From: an uncultured Rikenellaceae bacterium
GTDB taxonomy: Bacteria; Bacteroidota; Bacteroidia; Bacteroidales; Rikenellaceae
Direction: 5' to 3'
DNA length: 64,000 nt
Assembly (NCBI GenBank): GCA_964368765.1
Contig: CAYJCU010000002.1
Location: 1,310-65,309, forward strand
Shown piece by piece: positions 37,608 through 46,769 of this stretch. The notes under the pieces are model-generated. The model had not been told where the DNA came from, ran no database searches, and saw only the letters and a program-made list of their open reading frames with translations. Each line of letters starts with the position of its first letter. Within the stretch, counting starts at the first letter, position 1. Both the position numbers and the translations under genes were made by a program.

Positions 37608-38645
37608 TTAAATATTGATATCTAATCCACCAGTACCCCAAGTGCTTGTTGTAGCCTCGCCAAATACGATTGCATCAAGTGATATAGATACAGGATAAGT
37701 GTAGATAGTTGAAGCTGAGAAACCACCCGTTGGCATTAACTCTCCCGATGTAAACGTTTGTTCAATTGGGTTTGAACCATCTGTCTCAGCAATTGTGTAT
37801 GTAATAGTTACAGTTATGCCCTTCTCCTGAGGAATAACCATGATAGGTACCATAGGAGCAAGTGTCTTTGCATCTGTGCTGTTAAGTACATTTGTAGCAG
37901 TAGTAGCTTTAGGATTGATTGTGAATGTCTCCTCAGCCTGCTTTATATTTGTTCCTACTGTCCACGAACCTGTGTTTTGCGCTGTATTACTAAATTCGTA
38001 CACAGCATCTGCATAGAAATCGTCTGCATAGTTTATAACTACTGATTTAACCTCAATCTCTGCACCCGCTGAGTAATCTTCAGCAGTCTTAAATGTAAAG
38101 TTAATCTGCGAAAGAAGGTGGTTGAATTGGAAATTAACAGTAGATACAGGATCACCTCCCTTTGCTCTATTAAGTACAGATGCAGCCATCAAGTCTAGCT
38201 GAGTAGTTGATGATTCAGGGTTTGTGTAATTAAAAGTTACTTTATTACCCGAAGTTATAATTTCAGGAACATTGCCTAGTGTATTTGACGCGATAGTATT
38301 GGCAAAGAAAGAAAGTTTATCAGTCGCTACATTTGGCCAAAATCTTAGTGGAGCATACTCCCAAGTTGTGTTAGTTGCTGTTGATGTTACTACAAGTTCA
38401 TCCATACTCATATATATATTTGGACTAGTTGCATCCGCCAAATCATCGCCCGCTGTATAAAGCACATCAACTTTGAATTTGTCACCTGTATTAAATCCAG
38501 TCTCTGACTCTGCTTTAGTACTTTGCTCTAGATAAGTACCAAAATTCATTGCATTGCTCTCCGTCATATTCGGAGTAATTTCGTTCTTCGAGCAAGAACT
38601 CAAAGCGATAGCTAGAGTAGCTATCATAATCATTGATTTTTTCAT
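37608..38645 (-). CDS. Fimbrillin-family (Mfa-like) lipoprotein
   Basis: 345 aa with lipobox LSSCSK. DLMAASV...VNFQFNHLLSQINFTFK is typical of Bacteroidales fimbrillin-like proteins. Confidence 0.6.
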   Translation of the reverse strand: MKKSMIMIATLAIALSSCSKNEITPNMTESNAMNFGTYLEQSTKAESETGFNTGDKFKVDVLYTAGDDLADATSPNIYMSMDELVVTSTATNTTWEYAPLRFWPNVATDKLSFFANTIASNTLGNVPEIITSGNKVTFNYTNPESSTTQLDLMAASVLNRAKGGDPVSTVNFQFNHLLSQINFTFKTAEDYSAGAEIEVKSVVINYADDFYADAVYEFSNTAQNTGSWTVGTNIKQAEETFTINPKATTATNVLNSTDAKTLAPMVPIMVIPQEKGITVTITYTIAETDGSNPIEQTFTSGELMPTGGFSASTIYTYPVSISLDAIVFGEATTSTWGTGGLDINI

Positions 38646-38691
38646 TCTCTTTTTGTTTAAATAGTTTATAAAATTGTTAATTATTTTTTAT

Positions 38692-39744
38692 TTATCCTAT
38701 TGGTATAGGTATTTCAACTTCATCCTCCCAATCGTTAATCTCTGCATCAAAGCCACTTCCCGAACCATCTTCTGGCTCTACGTCAGGTAGTAGCGGAGGC
38801 TCAGGACCTGCTGGGTCGAAACCAAGTGTTATGGTTAAGTCTACATCGCCGGCGCTATTCTCTGTAACCATTGAGCCATCAAGTGGTAAATCAAATTTTT
38901 TCACTGTCTTATTATCAACAAGTAATACCTCTAAATTAAGAAGCCCTTTCCAATATTCATAACCACTAGTGCTATTGTTGGGGTCGCTTAACAGTCCAAA
39001 AGTGGTGTAGTTAAAATATAGTTCTCCTTCACCGTAACTACCCTCTTTACTCCAACTCTCAAGTATATAGGTTACATCGGTACTGTTGTTTACCATCTCA
39101 TTAATCCAGTACCCCTCAGCCATACCGCTAATAGTGGCACGTGCGCTTCGTAAATTGTGTATACCTATAACCTTAATCTTTACATTAATCGTCTTATTTA
39201 CAAGTTGTGGCGTAACGGCTATTGTTGTAGTGCCCTCAGTGAGTGTAGTTCCTCTACTCCTTGCAGCTTTACTCTTAGTAACCATCTCGGCTGTAACCTC
39301 AAAATCACGATATATAGCCGTTGCAATCTTCTCAGGCTGTAAAACAACCAACTCATTATCTGCTTTGGTGTACCACCCTTTTGTCTCATCTGATAAAGAG
39401 TATATCTCTATTGTTGAGAGTTTCTCAATACCCCTAAACCCAATAGTAGAGAACTCTGTCTCACTACGGTTGAAGACCAAAACATCATATTTACCCTCTA
39501 CGATGGGTACACTAAAGCCATCAACACTATTACTCCTAAATTGCAATGGTGCACCACCCTCCTTAGGGTAGAACCATGCACTTACCCCCAAAGGCTTTTC
39601 AGCCCCAGTGAGAGATTGCGACCAATCAGGTTCTATAACTATATCACTATATGGATAGTAGTCATACGTAAGAGAACGACGCTGGCACGAAGATATTATT
39701 GTAATAAGTAAAAATATACCTATCATATAAAGTATATTTCTCAT
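38692..39744 (-). CDS. DUF5119-like lipoprotein (type V pilus operon accessory)
   Basis: 350 aa with lipobox ISSCQRRSLTYDYYPYSDIVIEPDW. A 4-nt overlap with the upstream gene suggests translational coupling. Confidence 0.5.
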   Translation of the reverse strand: MRNILYMIGIFLLITIISSCQRRSLTYDYYPYSDIVIEPDWSQSLTGAEKPLGVSAWFYPKEGGAPLQFRSNSVDGFSVPIVEGKYDVLVFNRSETEFSTIGFRGIEKLSTIEIYSLSDETKGWYTKADNELVVLQPEKIATAIYRDFEVTAEMVTKSKAARSRGTTLTEGTTTIAVTPQLVNKTINVKIKVIGIHNLRSARATISGMAEGYWINEMVNNSTDVTYILESWSKEGSYGEGELYFNYTTFGLLSDPNNSTSGYEYWKGLLNLEVLLVDNKTVKKFDLPLDGSMVTENSAGDVDLTITLGFDPAGPEPPLLPDVEPEDGSGSGFDAEINDWEDEVEIPIPIG

Positions 39745-41036
39745 CGCACACCTCCTCTCTTTTTACGATTGTGATTGAGCATTAAAACGAGTGACACCTC
39801 TAATTTTGTGGGGCCAATCCAGCTATAATTTCCATCATATTGCCATACAAGAAATTTATTATCCTCTTTGCCCTCATAATAGCGATACTCTGTCTTTAGA
39901 TAACCCAATCCTATATTGTACTCCATGCGAAGATTACCCCTCTTATTTATCGTATGAGCATAACCAGCACTCAATCCCGCAGCTATAAAAAATTCTCCTT
40001 GATAGCCATTGTTTTTGTATTGTAAGTCATAATAACCTCCGCCGGCATACACCCCTCCAAACCAACCTGTGAGGAGAGGTAGTTTCTCTCTCTCTCCCAA
40101 CCAATAGCGTCCCTCTATTGTTCCTGCCTGAATTTGTAGTGCATTACCATTATTTTTTGTCACCCACCAAGGAAATATCCACTCCCCCGCTAAACTCCAT
40201 CGATTGCCAATAGGAACTTCAATCTCTATATTAGGGATAAGTACAATATCATAAAGCAGATTTGTTTTTACTGCAAACAGTGGAGCATTTTCATACTCCT
40301 CTTGTTGGATTATCTGTTGATTAAGATTTTGTTCAGGTAATTCATCACTCTTCTCTATGGGCAAAACTGATTGCGCCTCAATAATGAGCGGTAAGGTATC
40401 TCTTTTAGAGTAGATAGTTATAATACTGCTACCTCGAAGTTGTGGAAAGAAATATTCTGACATATACCTATATGGCTCGCCCCCCTTAAAATCCATAAGT
40501 CGTTTATTCCTACTATCTACTAGTGTTCGGTATTTGTCGTTTGGATTAACCAGTTGCCAAGTCTCTTCGGGCGTAGAATCTATGATATTAATAACATCTA
40601 AACGGTGCGTCATATTAGATTTTTGTACCATATCACGTAATTTATCCCACGCTATGCCAATACTACGCACCTCTATAATACTATCAGGTAGGGCAAAGTG
40701 TAGTTGTAAATATCTTACAACCGCATCACTTCTACGCTGTGATAGCTTCTCATTAAATAGCTTACTACCCTCGGGAGAGGTGTAGCACTCAACAATTATT
40801 CTCTCTATATTTGAGAGAGAATCTCCACGCAGTTCATCTATTGTCATTCGCAGGTCTGATAAAACCCTATTGTTATCTGCAAAGTTATCTATTATCCTAT
40901 CTCCTGTAAGTTCATACAGTATCTCAGATCTCTTCTCGTGCCTCTGTCCATAAACGTGCGAACAAAATAGTGTGAATACTATTATGTATATATAAATCTT
41001 CATATTATACTCTTTTGCACTATCCTTTCTATGCAA
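39741..41036 (-). CDS. OmpA-like N-terminal region fused to a DUF3575-like outer-membrane beta-barrel
   Basis: N-terminus VECYTSPEGSKLFNEKLSQRRSDAVVRYL (OmpA-type). C-terminus LFAVKTNLLYDIVLIPNIEIEVPIGNRWSL...RMEYNIGLGY (DUF3575-type). The likely start is M12 (41003). Confidence 0.55.
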   Translation of the reverse strand: MHRKDSAKEYNMKIYIYIIVFTLFCSHVYGQRHEKRSEILYELTGDRIIDNFADNNRVLSDLRMTIDELRGDSLSNIERIIVECYTSPEGSKLFNEKLSQRRSDAVVRYLQLHFALPDSIIEVRSIGIAWDKLRDMVQKSNMTHRLDVINIIDSTPEETWQLVNPNDKYRTLVDSRNKRLMDFKGGEPYRYMSEYFFPQLRGSSIITIYSKRDTLPLIIEAQSVLPIEKSDELPEQNLNQQIIQQEEYENAPLFAVKTNLLYDIVLIPNIEIEVPIGNRWSLAGEWIFPWWVTKNNGNALQIQAGTIEGRYWLGEREKLPLLTGWFGGVYAGGGYYDLQYKNNGYQGEFFIAAGLSAGYAHTINKRGNLRMEYNIGLGYLKTEYRYYEGKEDNKFLVWQYDGNYSWIGPTKLEVSLVLMLNHNRKKRGGVR

Positions 41037-41105
41037 GTATTGCTATAATATCATCGAAAAGAGCGAATTTCTGCTCACTAAACAATCTTTTCGATGTAAA
41101 ATACC

Positions 41106-41158
41106 ATCTACTACGCCACAAAGGTAGTGATTTTTAGTTTTATAAACTACATTTATAA
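41106..41158 (-). promoter_or_regulatory. Conserved ~53-bp upstream block shared with 51609..51661; contains a -7-like TACCTTTG
   Basis: ATCTAyTwCGCCACAAAnnnnnTGATTTTTAGTTwTATAA. The minus-strand TAnnTTTG box is at 41126-41119. Confidence 0.45.
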
Positions 41159-41228
41159 TTTTTTTTCAGGGTTAATTAACCCTATTTATAAGCCCACTAC
41201 ATAGAGCAGTGCTAGGCTTATGTTTGTT

Positions 41229-43847
41229 TTACTCTTGGATGGGGCGGACTGCAAAACCAACACTTCTACCATCCGAATTCGCATGAAAGCTTGAACTATC
41301 AAATACAAAACGATAAGCAAAAGTACTACTTGCTGGCGTTGCAACCCAATACAAACCAAGAGTAGTTGCCCCAATTAGAGCTGCGCTAGTCTGGGCTCGA
41401 TAACCGTTAGCCGTATAATATACTGAGTTATTTTGCGTGTAAACTCGACCAATTCTATCATTTGAGTTCACCCAAGGCAAACTTGAATGCGTAAACGTGT
41501 ACACCCCATTAATTGGAACTCGCCAACCAACAGGCGAGGGATCAAAAATAGACTTCTGCCGACCACTCAAATTATTTGTATTAGCAACAGTCGCTTTTGG
41601 GTCGCCCCATAAATAGGTATTGCCACCAAAATCACTAAAACCTTGATTAATAGCAAAAATCAGTGGGTTGTTTGTAGCATCTTCCATACCTCTAATAGCT
41701 CTATCGTTTATGGTTGGATCGAACTTAGTATTGTCAGTGCTCTTTTTTCCTGTATTTCCAGCAAATGGTTCTTTGCGCCCAAATTGATAAACTATATATC
41801 CCTTATCGTAATTTGAGCTGCCTTGGCCAGCGAAACCAGCTGAGATTCCTCCTAGGTTTCTATCCATAATAAGTTTATCTTTATAGATACCACTACTCCA
41901 AATAGTACCGTTATAGCTATGAATTTTACCACCAATGGTGGATACAGTCTCATTTACGGTTGTTCTGTTTGGGTTTTCAAAAGAAGTGGTTTTATATGGA
42001 TTATAATCTGTCACCCACAAATGCCACGACCAAACGATGTCCGAGCCTTTTTTGACTGCCACTAATATATTGCCCATATCACTATAAGCTTTAGGGATAG
42101 TAACTTTTATTGCCGATTTGCCCACAGGAGATAGAGCCTTTTCTATCTCTACACCACTCTCTAATGGATTGTTTGTTTGGTCGTACCACAAAGGCTCAAC
42201 ACTAAACTCGCCCAAAGCTCCATCAATAATGGTATAGGCGGCATTATTAGCGTAGCCATTATTCCCCCAAAATTCGTTAATGCGGTCGGTTATGGGGATA
42301 TAGAAGATAGTTTCAGCACCTGAGTCTGGGACGATGATATAACTATTCGCCACACGCAAGCCCGTAACACCTCCGTAGCCATCTGGTAAGCCTGTTAGCT
42401 GCTCAACAATCGTCTTATCGGTGTAATCCGTCACAACACATTTATCGACTGTTAGTTTTATGGTTTGCGTTAGCTCGCCAAGCTTAATTATAATATCTCC
42501 TTCAGTAAAATTTTCATCGAGGATTATAGTATACTCCTGCTCGGTTGTTATGGTTTTCCAATTATCTGCAAGTGGCGTTTCTGTAGAAAAACTCGCCCCA
42601 TCTGGTAGTGTTACATCGCCGCTGAGTTTGTGTAGTATCCCACCTCCATCACCGTCGCCCAAAGTAAAGGCTATTTCTACGCTATACGTGCCATCAGTAT
42701 TGCGCACGAATGTATCGTCATTCCACGATGTAAGTATTTCGATTTTAGGATTTGCGTGTAGCATATGGCTCTCGTAACCAAGACCCTTCGCCCAATACTT
42801 ATCCTTGCTCGCACCTATGTAATACTGCCCATTATCTACGATATGAGTTGAGTTATCGTCGTAGGTGATGTTATAGTCAATGTTGCTATGAGGTGCAGCT
42901 ATTGCCTCATCCTCTGTTGCGTAGCCGTCCGATGTTAGACTGATGATATTTATAAAATAGCGGTAGTCACGTTGTATATCGTAGATTTTTCCTGTTCCTG
43001 ATGGGTGTTGTATCAGAATTTTGTAGTATCTAAACACCCCCTCGCTCGCCTCAATCTTTAGCATTATTGAAATGGCGTCATCTTTACTCCATAGATCACT
43101 TGTGGCATTTGGATAGAGATATAAGCCTTGCACCGATTTAGTATCTGTACCTGTTGGTGCTACTGCGTGGGTTTTGGTGATTTTAGTTGTGCTTAGAGGT
43201 AATGCAGGTGCATTCATAGCATACACATTTAATAGCTTGGGGTACTCATCTGTACCTGTTGGCAGAGTTACATCCACACGCACATAATCGAACTCAAACT
43301 CTAATTTTTGTCCGCTTACTGTTAAGGCATCAATTTTTGAGAGCGATAAGGTATTACTACTCTTTGGCAGTAGCCCTGTATCGTTACTCTTTAATATGTT
43401 ATTCTCTGTTGTATAGGTTGTGTATATATTTGCTAAATCGCCTATTACTAGGGTTTTATTATCTATTTTTGTTAGAATATCAGCTGGAATATCCACATTA
43501 GCCACACCCTTAACTGTAACCGCTGAGTTAGTTGCCTCTAATATTGCAAAGTAACCCTCAGTATCTTTCTGGAGCGTAACAATTTGTTGTAAAGTCTTTT
43601 TCTCGGTAGTATTGTAGAACACAAAGACAAAACATTTGTCATCAAAGAGCTTTTTTTCACGTTCGTTAGCATCGAAAGTCCCTGAGCGAGTCTCTATCTC
43701 CTCAGAGTAGTACCTATCCAACATCTCAACCCCTATGCGCAGCTGCCCTTCGGTTTCAATACCATCAAACGGCTCTTTACTGCACCCCACAAGTGTGAGG
43801 AGCAGTGTGAGCAGTATATATATATGTTTGTTCATTTTCATAATCAT
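41229..43847 (-). CDS. Giant pilin-like lipoprotein: FimA-type prepilin N-terminus + central conserved module + FISUMP-like C-terminal domain
   Basis: 872 aa with lipobox LVGCSKE. IETRSG resembles an Arg maturation site. VANSYIIVP...WSWHLWVTDYNPY, IMDRNLGG, YQFGRKEPF, DPSPVGWRVP, and the end GFAVRPIQE. Confidence 0.6.
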   Translation of the reverse strand: MIMKMNKHIYILLTLLLTLVGCSKEPFDGIETEGQLRIGVEMLDRYYSEEIETRSGTFDANEREKKLFDDKCFVFVFYNTTEKKTLQQIVTLQKDTEGYFAILEATNSAVTVKGVANVDIPADILTKIDNKTLVIGDLANIYTTYTTENNILKSNDTGLLPKSSNTLSLSKIDALTVSGQKLEFEFDYVRVDVTLPTGTDEYPKLLNVYAMNAPALPLSTTKITKTHAVAPTGTDTKSVQGLYLYPNATSDLWSKDDAISIMLKIEASEGVFRYYKILIQHPSGTGKIYDIQRDYRYFINIISLTSDGYATEDEAIAAPHSNIDYNITYDDNSTHIVDNGQYYIGASKDKYWAKGLGYESHMLHANPKIEILTSWNDDTFVRNTDGTYSVEIAFTLGDGDGGGILHKLSGDVTLPDGASFSTETPLADNWKTITTEQEYTIILDENFTEGDIIIKLGELTQTIKLTVDKCVVTDYTDKTIVEQLTGLPDGYGGVTGLRVANSYIIVPDSGAETIFYIPITDRINEFWGNNGYANNAAYTIIDGALGEFSVEPLWYDQTNNPLESGVEIEKALSPVGKSAIKVTIPKAYSDMGNILVAVKKGSDIVWSWHLWVTDYNPYKTTSFENPNRTTVNETVSTIGGKIHSYNGTIWSSGIYKDKLIMDRNLGGISAGFAGQGSSNYDKGYIVYQFGRKEPFAGNTGKKSTDNTKFDPTINDRAIRGMEDATNNPLIFAINQGFSDFGGNTYLWGDPKATVANTNNLSGRQKSIFDPSPVGWRVPINGVYTFTHSSLPWVNSNDRIGRVYTQNNSVYYTANGYRAQTSAALIGATTLGLYWVATPASSTFAYRFVFDSSSFHANSDGRSVGFAVRPIQE

Positions 43848-43853
43848 TTGATA

Positions 43854-46667
43854 TTACTCTTGGATAGGGCGGACAGGGAAACCATATGTACGTGTAATTA
43901 CTCGATTTGGGTCCATTAAACCATTGTTAAAGGCTAAGCGGCGCCCTTCACTGCTAGAGTTTGGCGATGAACTCCAGTTGCTACCTTCAGCATTTATCCA
44001 ACCTAATGATGCATTTTCCCTTTCAAGATAACCAGAAGCTGGGTAGTAAACAAATTCGTTATAGAGTCGTCCATAGCTATACTGTGTAGTGGATAAATTG
44101 CTCCAAGGAGAATTGCTAGTTGCAAATAATTCCCACGTGCCTTGAATAGGAAGCCTAAATCCTACAGGTGATGGATCAAAAATAGATTTACCTATACTAT
44201 ACCCATCTATTGGCACATTTTTATCATTCCATAAGATAGTAGTAAGTTGCGCATTAGTTTCGTTACACCAATTTATAGTGGTAGTATTAGTAATAAATAC
44301 ATTAGGATTATTTACTACATCAGCAAAACTTTTTTGGCCATTCTCTGTGGCAAGACCTGCTTTTCGAGGGAATGGATCTTTTCGTCCAAATTGAAAAAAA
44401 ATCGCACCTTTTCCCGAAGTAGTACCTCCATACCCAGCGAAATTTGCACTCAATCCCCCAAGGTTTCTATCCATAATGAACTTGTCGGCATAAATACCGC
44501 TACTCCATATTGTACCGCTATATGAATGAAGTGCATTACCATCACCGGCCATACGTTGATTTTGGTCGAGTTTGTTGCGCTCAGGGTAAGCCGCAGCAGA
44601 ATTTGAATTTTCTTTGAGAGTAACAAAATATGGATTATAGTCCGTTACCCACAAGTGCCACGACCAAATAATTTCTGTGCCGTACTTAACATTTACAGCT
44701 ATATTTTGATGTTTAAAACTAGGCGGAAGAGTAACTTTTATTGCATTTTTGCCTGCTGGAGAATATGCTTTTTGTACCACTAAATCATCAATATCAGCTC
44801 CATCGTACCACGACAACTCGACTGAATAGTTAGTATTATTAGTCCAATTGGTAGTGAGTAGATCAGAGTAAATGTCAGTAGCACTTGTTCCTGCATAATC
44901 TGCACTTCTCCAAAACTCGTTTATCCTCTCCCCAACTGGTATATAGTAGGCTGTTGGAGTAGTTTCCATGGGAGCTAATATATATGAATTTGCTACACGC
45001 ACTTGCCCTGCTGGCACACCTCCGTAAGTATAGTCAAGATTAGTGAGTTCTTTTATAAATTCAATGTCAGTATAATCGGTATATATCTCGCCCTTTGCCA
45101 TGAATTTAACTTTATGGGTCAGCTCGCCTAATTTAATCTTTATATCGCTACTCACATATCCCTTAGTGACCTTTAAACGAAGTTTTTTAATGCCAAAGCT
45201 ATTGTCCCAGTTAGTTGAATTGTCATAATAACCTGCCGCATCATCGTACGCTACACCATCTGGCAAGACTATCTCTTTTGTCAAGTCACTCACAGAGATT
45301 GAAGAACCTTCACCTGCGTTGTAGGAAAAAACCAAATCCACACCCAAGGTACCATCAGCGTTTATTGTCCAACTCTCATCACTCTTGTGCGTAAACTCGA
45401 TAATTTGCGGGTCAGTATACATCATATTACTTTGTGATTTTCCTTCGGCGATAAGTTCTGCTTTCCCTGAGCCTATATAATACTGCCCATTAGTGACATA
45501 CGAAGTTGATATACCATCTATATTAATATCATAATGCACATTTGCTGGAGGGGCATCTGCCGCCTCTTCCCACGTTGCATAGCCTGCTGAATTTAGTGCG
45601 TGCACATTAACCAGATAACGGTTAGAGGTGTAGGTATCATAACTGTATTCTGATGCTGGATCTATCTTGTAGCGCAGAAGAATTTTGTAATATGTACCGT
45701 CAGCAGGCGAATCTTCGTCTCTTTGGGCACGTATAATTAGCTCTATCGCATCCTCTTCGGCTATTGGTGTTTGAGGTGCGGTTGCACCACTTGGTAATCG
45801 GTTGTTATAGTACATATACAAACCCTGCACATACTTAGTACTCTCATTAACAGAGCTAATACCCGTTGGCCATTTGCGTTCGTCTACTGTTTCGCCAAAG
45901 GCAGGTTGATTTGTGAGAGGTGTTACCTCGTGGCTCTTTACCTTTACACTCTCTGCACCTCTTGGAGGGAGTGTTGGCACATTGGTTGCGCTAAGACCCA
46001 AAATTTTCGGATACTCTGAACCCACAGGCATAACCACATCAACACGAGTGTATGAAAAACGTGTTCTTGCTTGTTCTAACTTAATAGTTGTGGTGTTGAG
46101 TGCTGTAAGTGTCATTGGTTCTGTGAATTTTGGCAATAATGCTCCATCTTGGTTCTTTAGAATAGGCGAATCACTGTCGGCACTGTATGGTATCTCAAGG
46201 GCATAGAACTTCTCACGAGTAATTGTATATTTATCGTTCACCTTAGCGGTAATTTTTACCACTGTCTCATCGTCAATATTAGAGAGACCATGTATCATTA
46301 CGGGTGCATCAACCTCCTCCAACACAGCGTAGTAGTGTGGATTGCCTGATGCATCAAAGTCACGGATAACTGGCTCATACTGCAATAACAGATCATCAGC
46401 TGGGGTGGCTGAGTGCGCAAACACGCAGACAAAGGCGTTAGATATTCCCATCTCACGAGTGGTTGCAATCATAGGATCGCCTGCACGTTCGCCACTTCGG
46501 GTTGTAACCTCTTGCGTCCCGAAATCTTGCGCCATATCTATCACAACCTTAACATAACCCTCTGGCACATCGCCTGAACCTACTGGTTCAAGTAACTCTT
46601 TTTGGCAACTCGCAAATGAGAGAGCCATCATCATACTCAAAAATATATATCTTATCTTTTTCATCAT
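43854..46667 (-). CDS. Giant pilin-like lipoprotein, paralog of 41229..43847, with a FISUMP-like C-terminus
   Basis: 937 aa with lipobox FASCQKE, VTTRSG, VANSYILAP...WSWHLWVTDYNPY, IMDRNLGG, FQFGRKDPF, DPSPVGFRLP, ending YGFPVRPIQE. Confidence 0.6.
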   Translation of the reverse strand: MMKKIRYIFLSMMMALSFASCQKELLEPVGSGDVPEGYVKVVIDMAQDFGTQEVTTRSGERAGDPMIATTREMGISNAFVCVFAHSATPADDLLLQYEPVIRDFDASGNPHYYAVLEEVDAPVMIHGLSNIDDETVVKITAKVNDKYTITREKFYALEIPYSADSDSPILKNQDGALLPKFTEPMTLTALNTTTIKLEQARTRFSYTRVDVVMPVGSEYPKILGLSATNVPTLPPRGAESVKVKSHEVTPLTNQPAFGETVDERKWPTGISSVNESTKYVQGLYMYYNNRLPSGATAPQTPIAEEDAIELIIRAQRDEDSPADGTYYKILLRYKIDPASEYSYDTYTSNRYLVNVHALNSAGYATWEEAADAPPANVHYDINIDGISTSYVTNGQYYIGSGKAELIAEGKSQSNMMYTDPQIIEFTHKSDESWTINADGTLGVDLVFSYNAGEGSSISVSDLTKEIVLPDGVAYDDAAGYYDNSTNWDNSFGIKKLRLKVTKGYVSSDIKIKLGELTHKVKFMAKGEIYTDYTDIEFIKELTNLDYTYGGVPAGQVRVANSYILAPMETTPTAYYIPVGERINEFWRSADYAGTSATDIYSDLLTTNWTNNTNYSVELSWYDGADIDDLVVQKAYSPAGKNAIKVTLPPSFKHQNIAVNVKYGTEIIWSWHLWVTDYNPYFVTLKENSNSAAAYPERNKLDQNQRMAGDGNALHSYSGTIWSSGIYADKFIMDRNLGGLSANFAGYGGTTSGKGAIFFQFGRKDPFPRKAGLATENGQKSFADVVNNPNVFITNTTTINWCNETNAQLTTILWNDKNVPIDGYSIGKSIFDPSPVGFRLPIQGTWELFATSNSPWSNLSTTQYSYGRLYNEFVYYPASGYLERENASLGWINAEGSNWSSSPNSSSEGRRLAFNNGLMDPNRVITRTYGFPVRPIQE

Positions 46668-46769
46668 TGTTTTGTTTTCTCGTTGCTATTACTAATCTAC
46701 TTCGTAGCTTTTTAACCCTCACGCTCGGCATAGCTCAAATAAATTTGCCTATGCCCTCGCTTAATCTGG

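Noticed and set aside
41186-41374. 62-aa minus-strand ORF
   Set aside because: It overlaps the 3' end of the 872-aa gene in another frame and extends into its terminator hairpin, so it is spurious.
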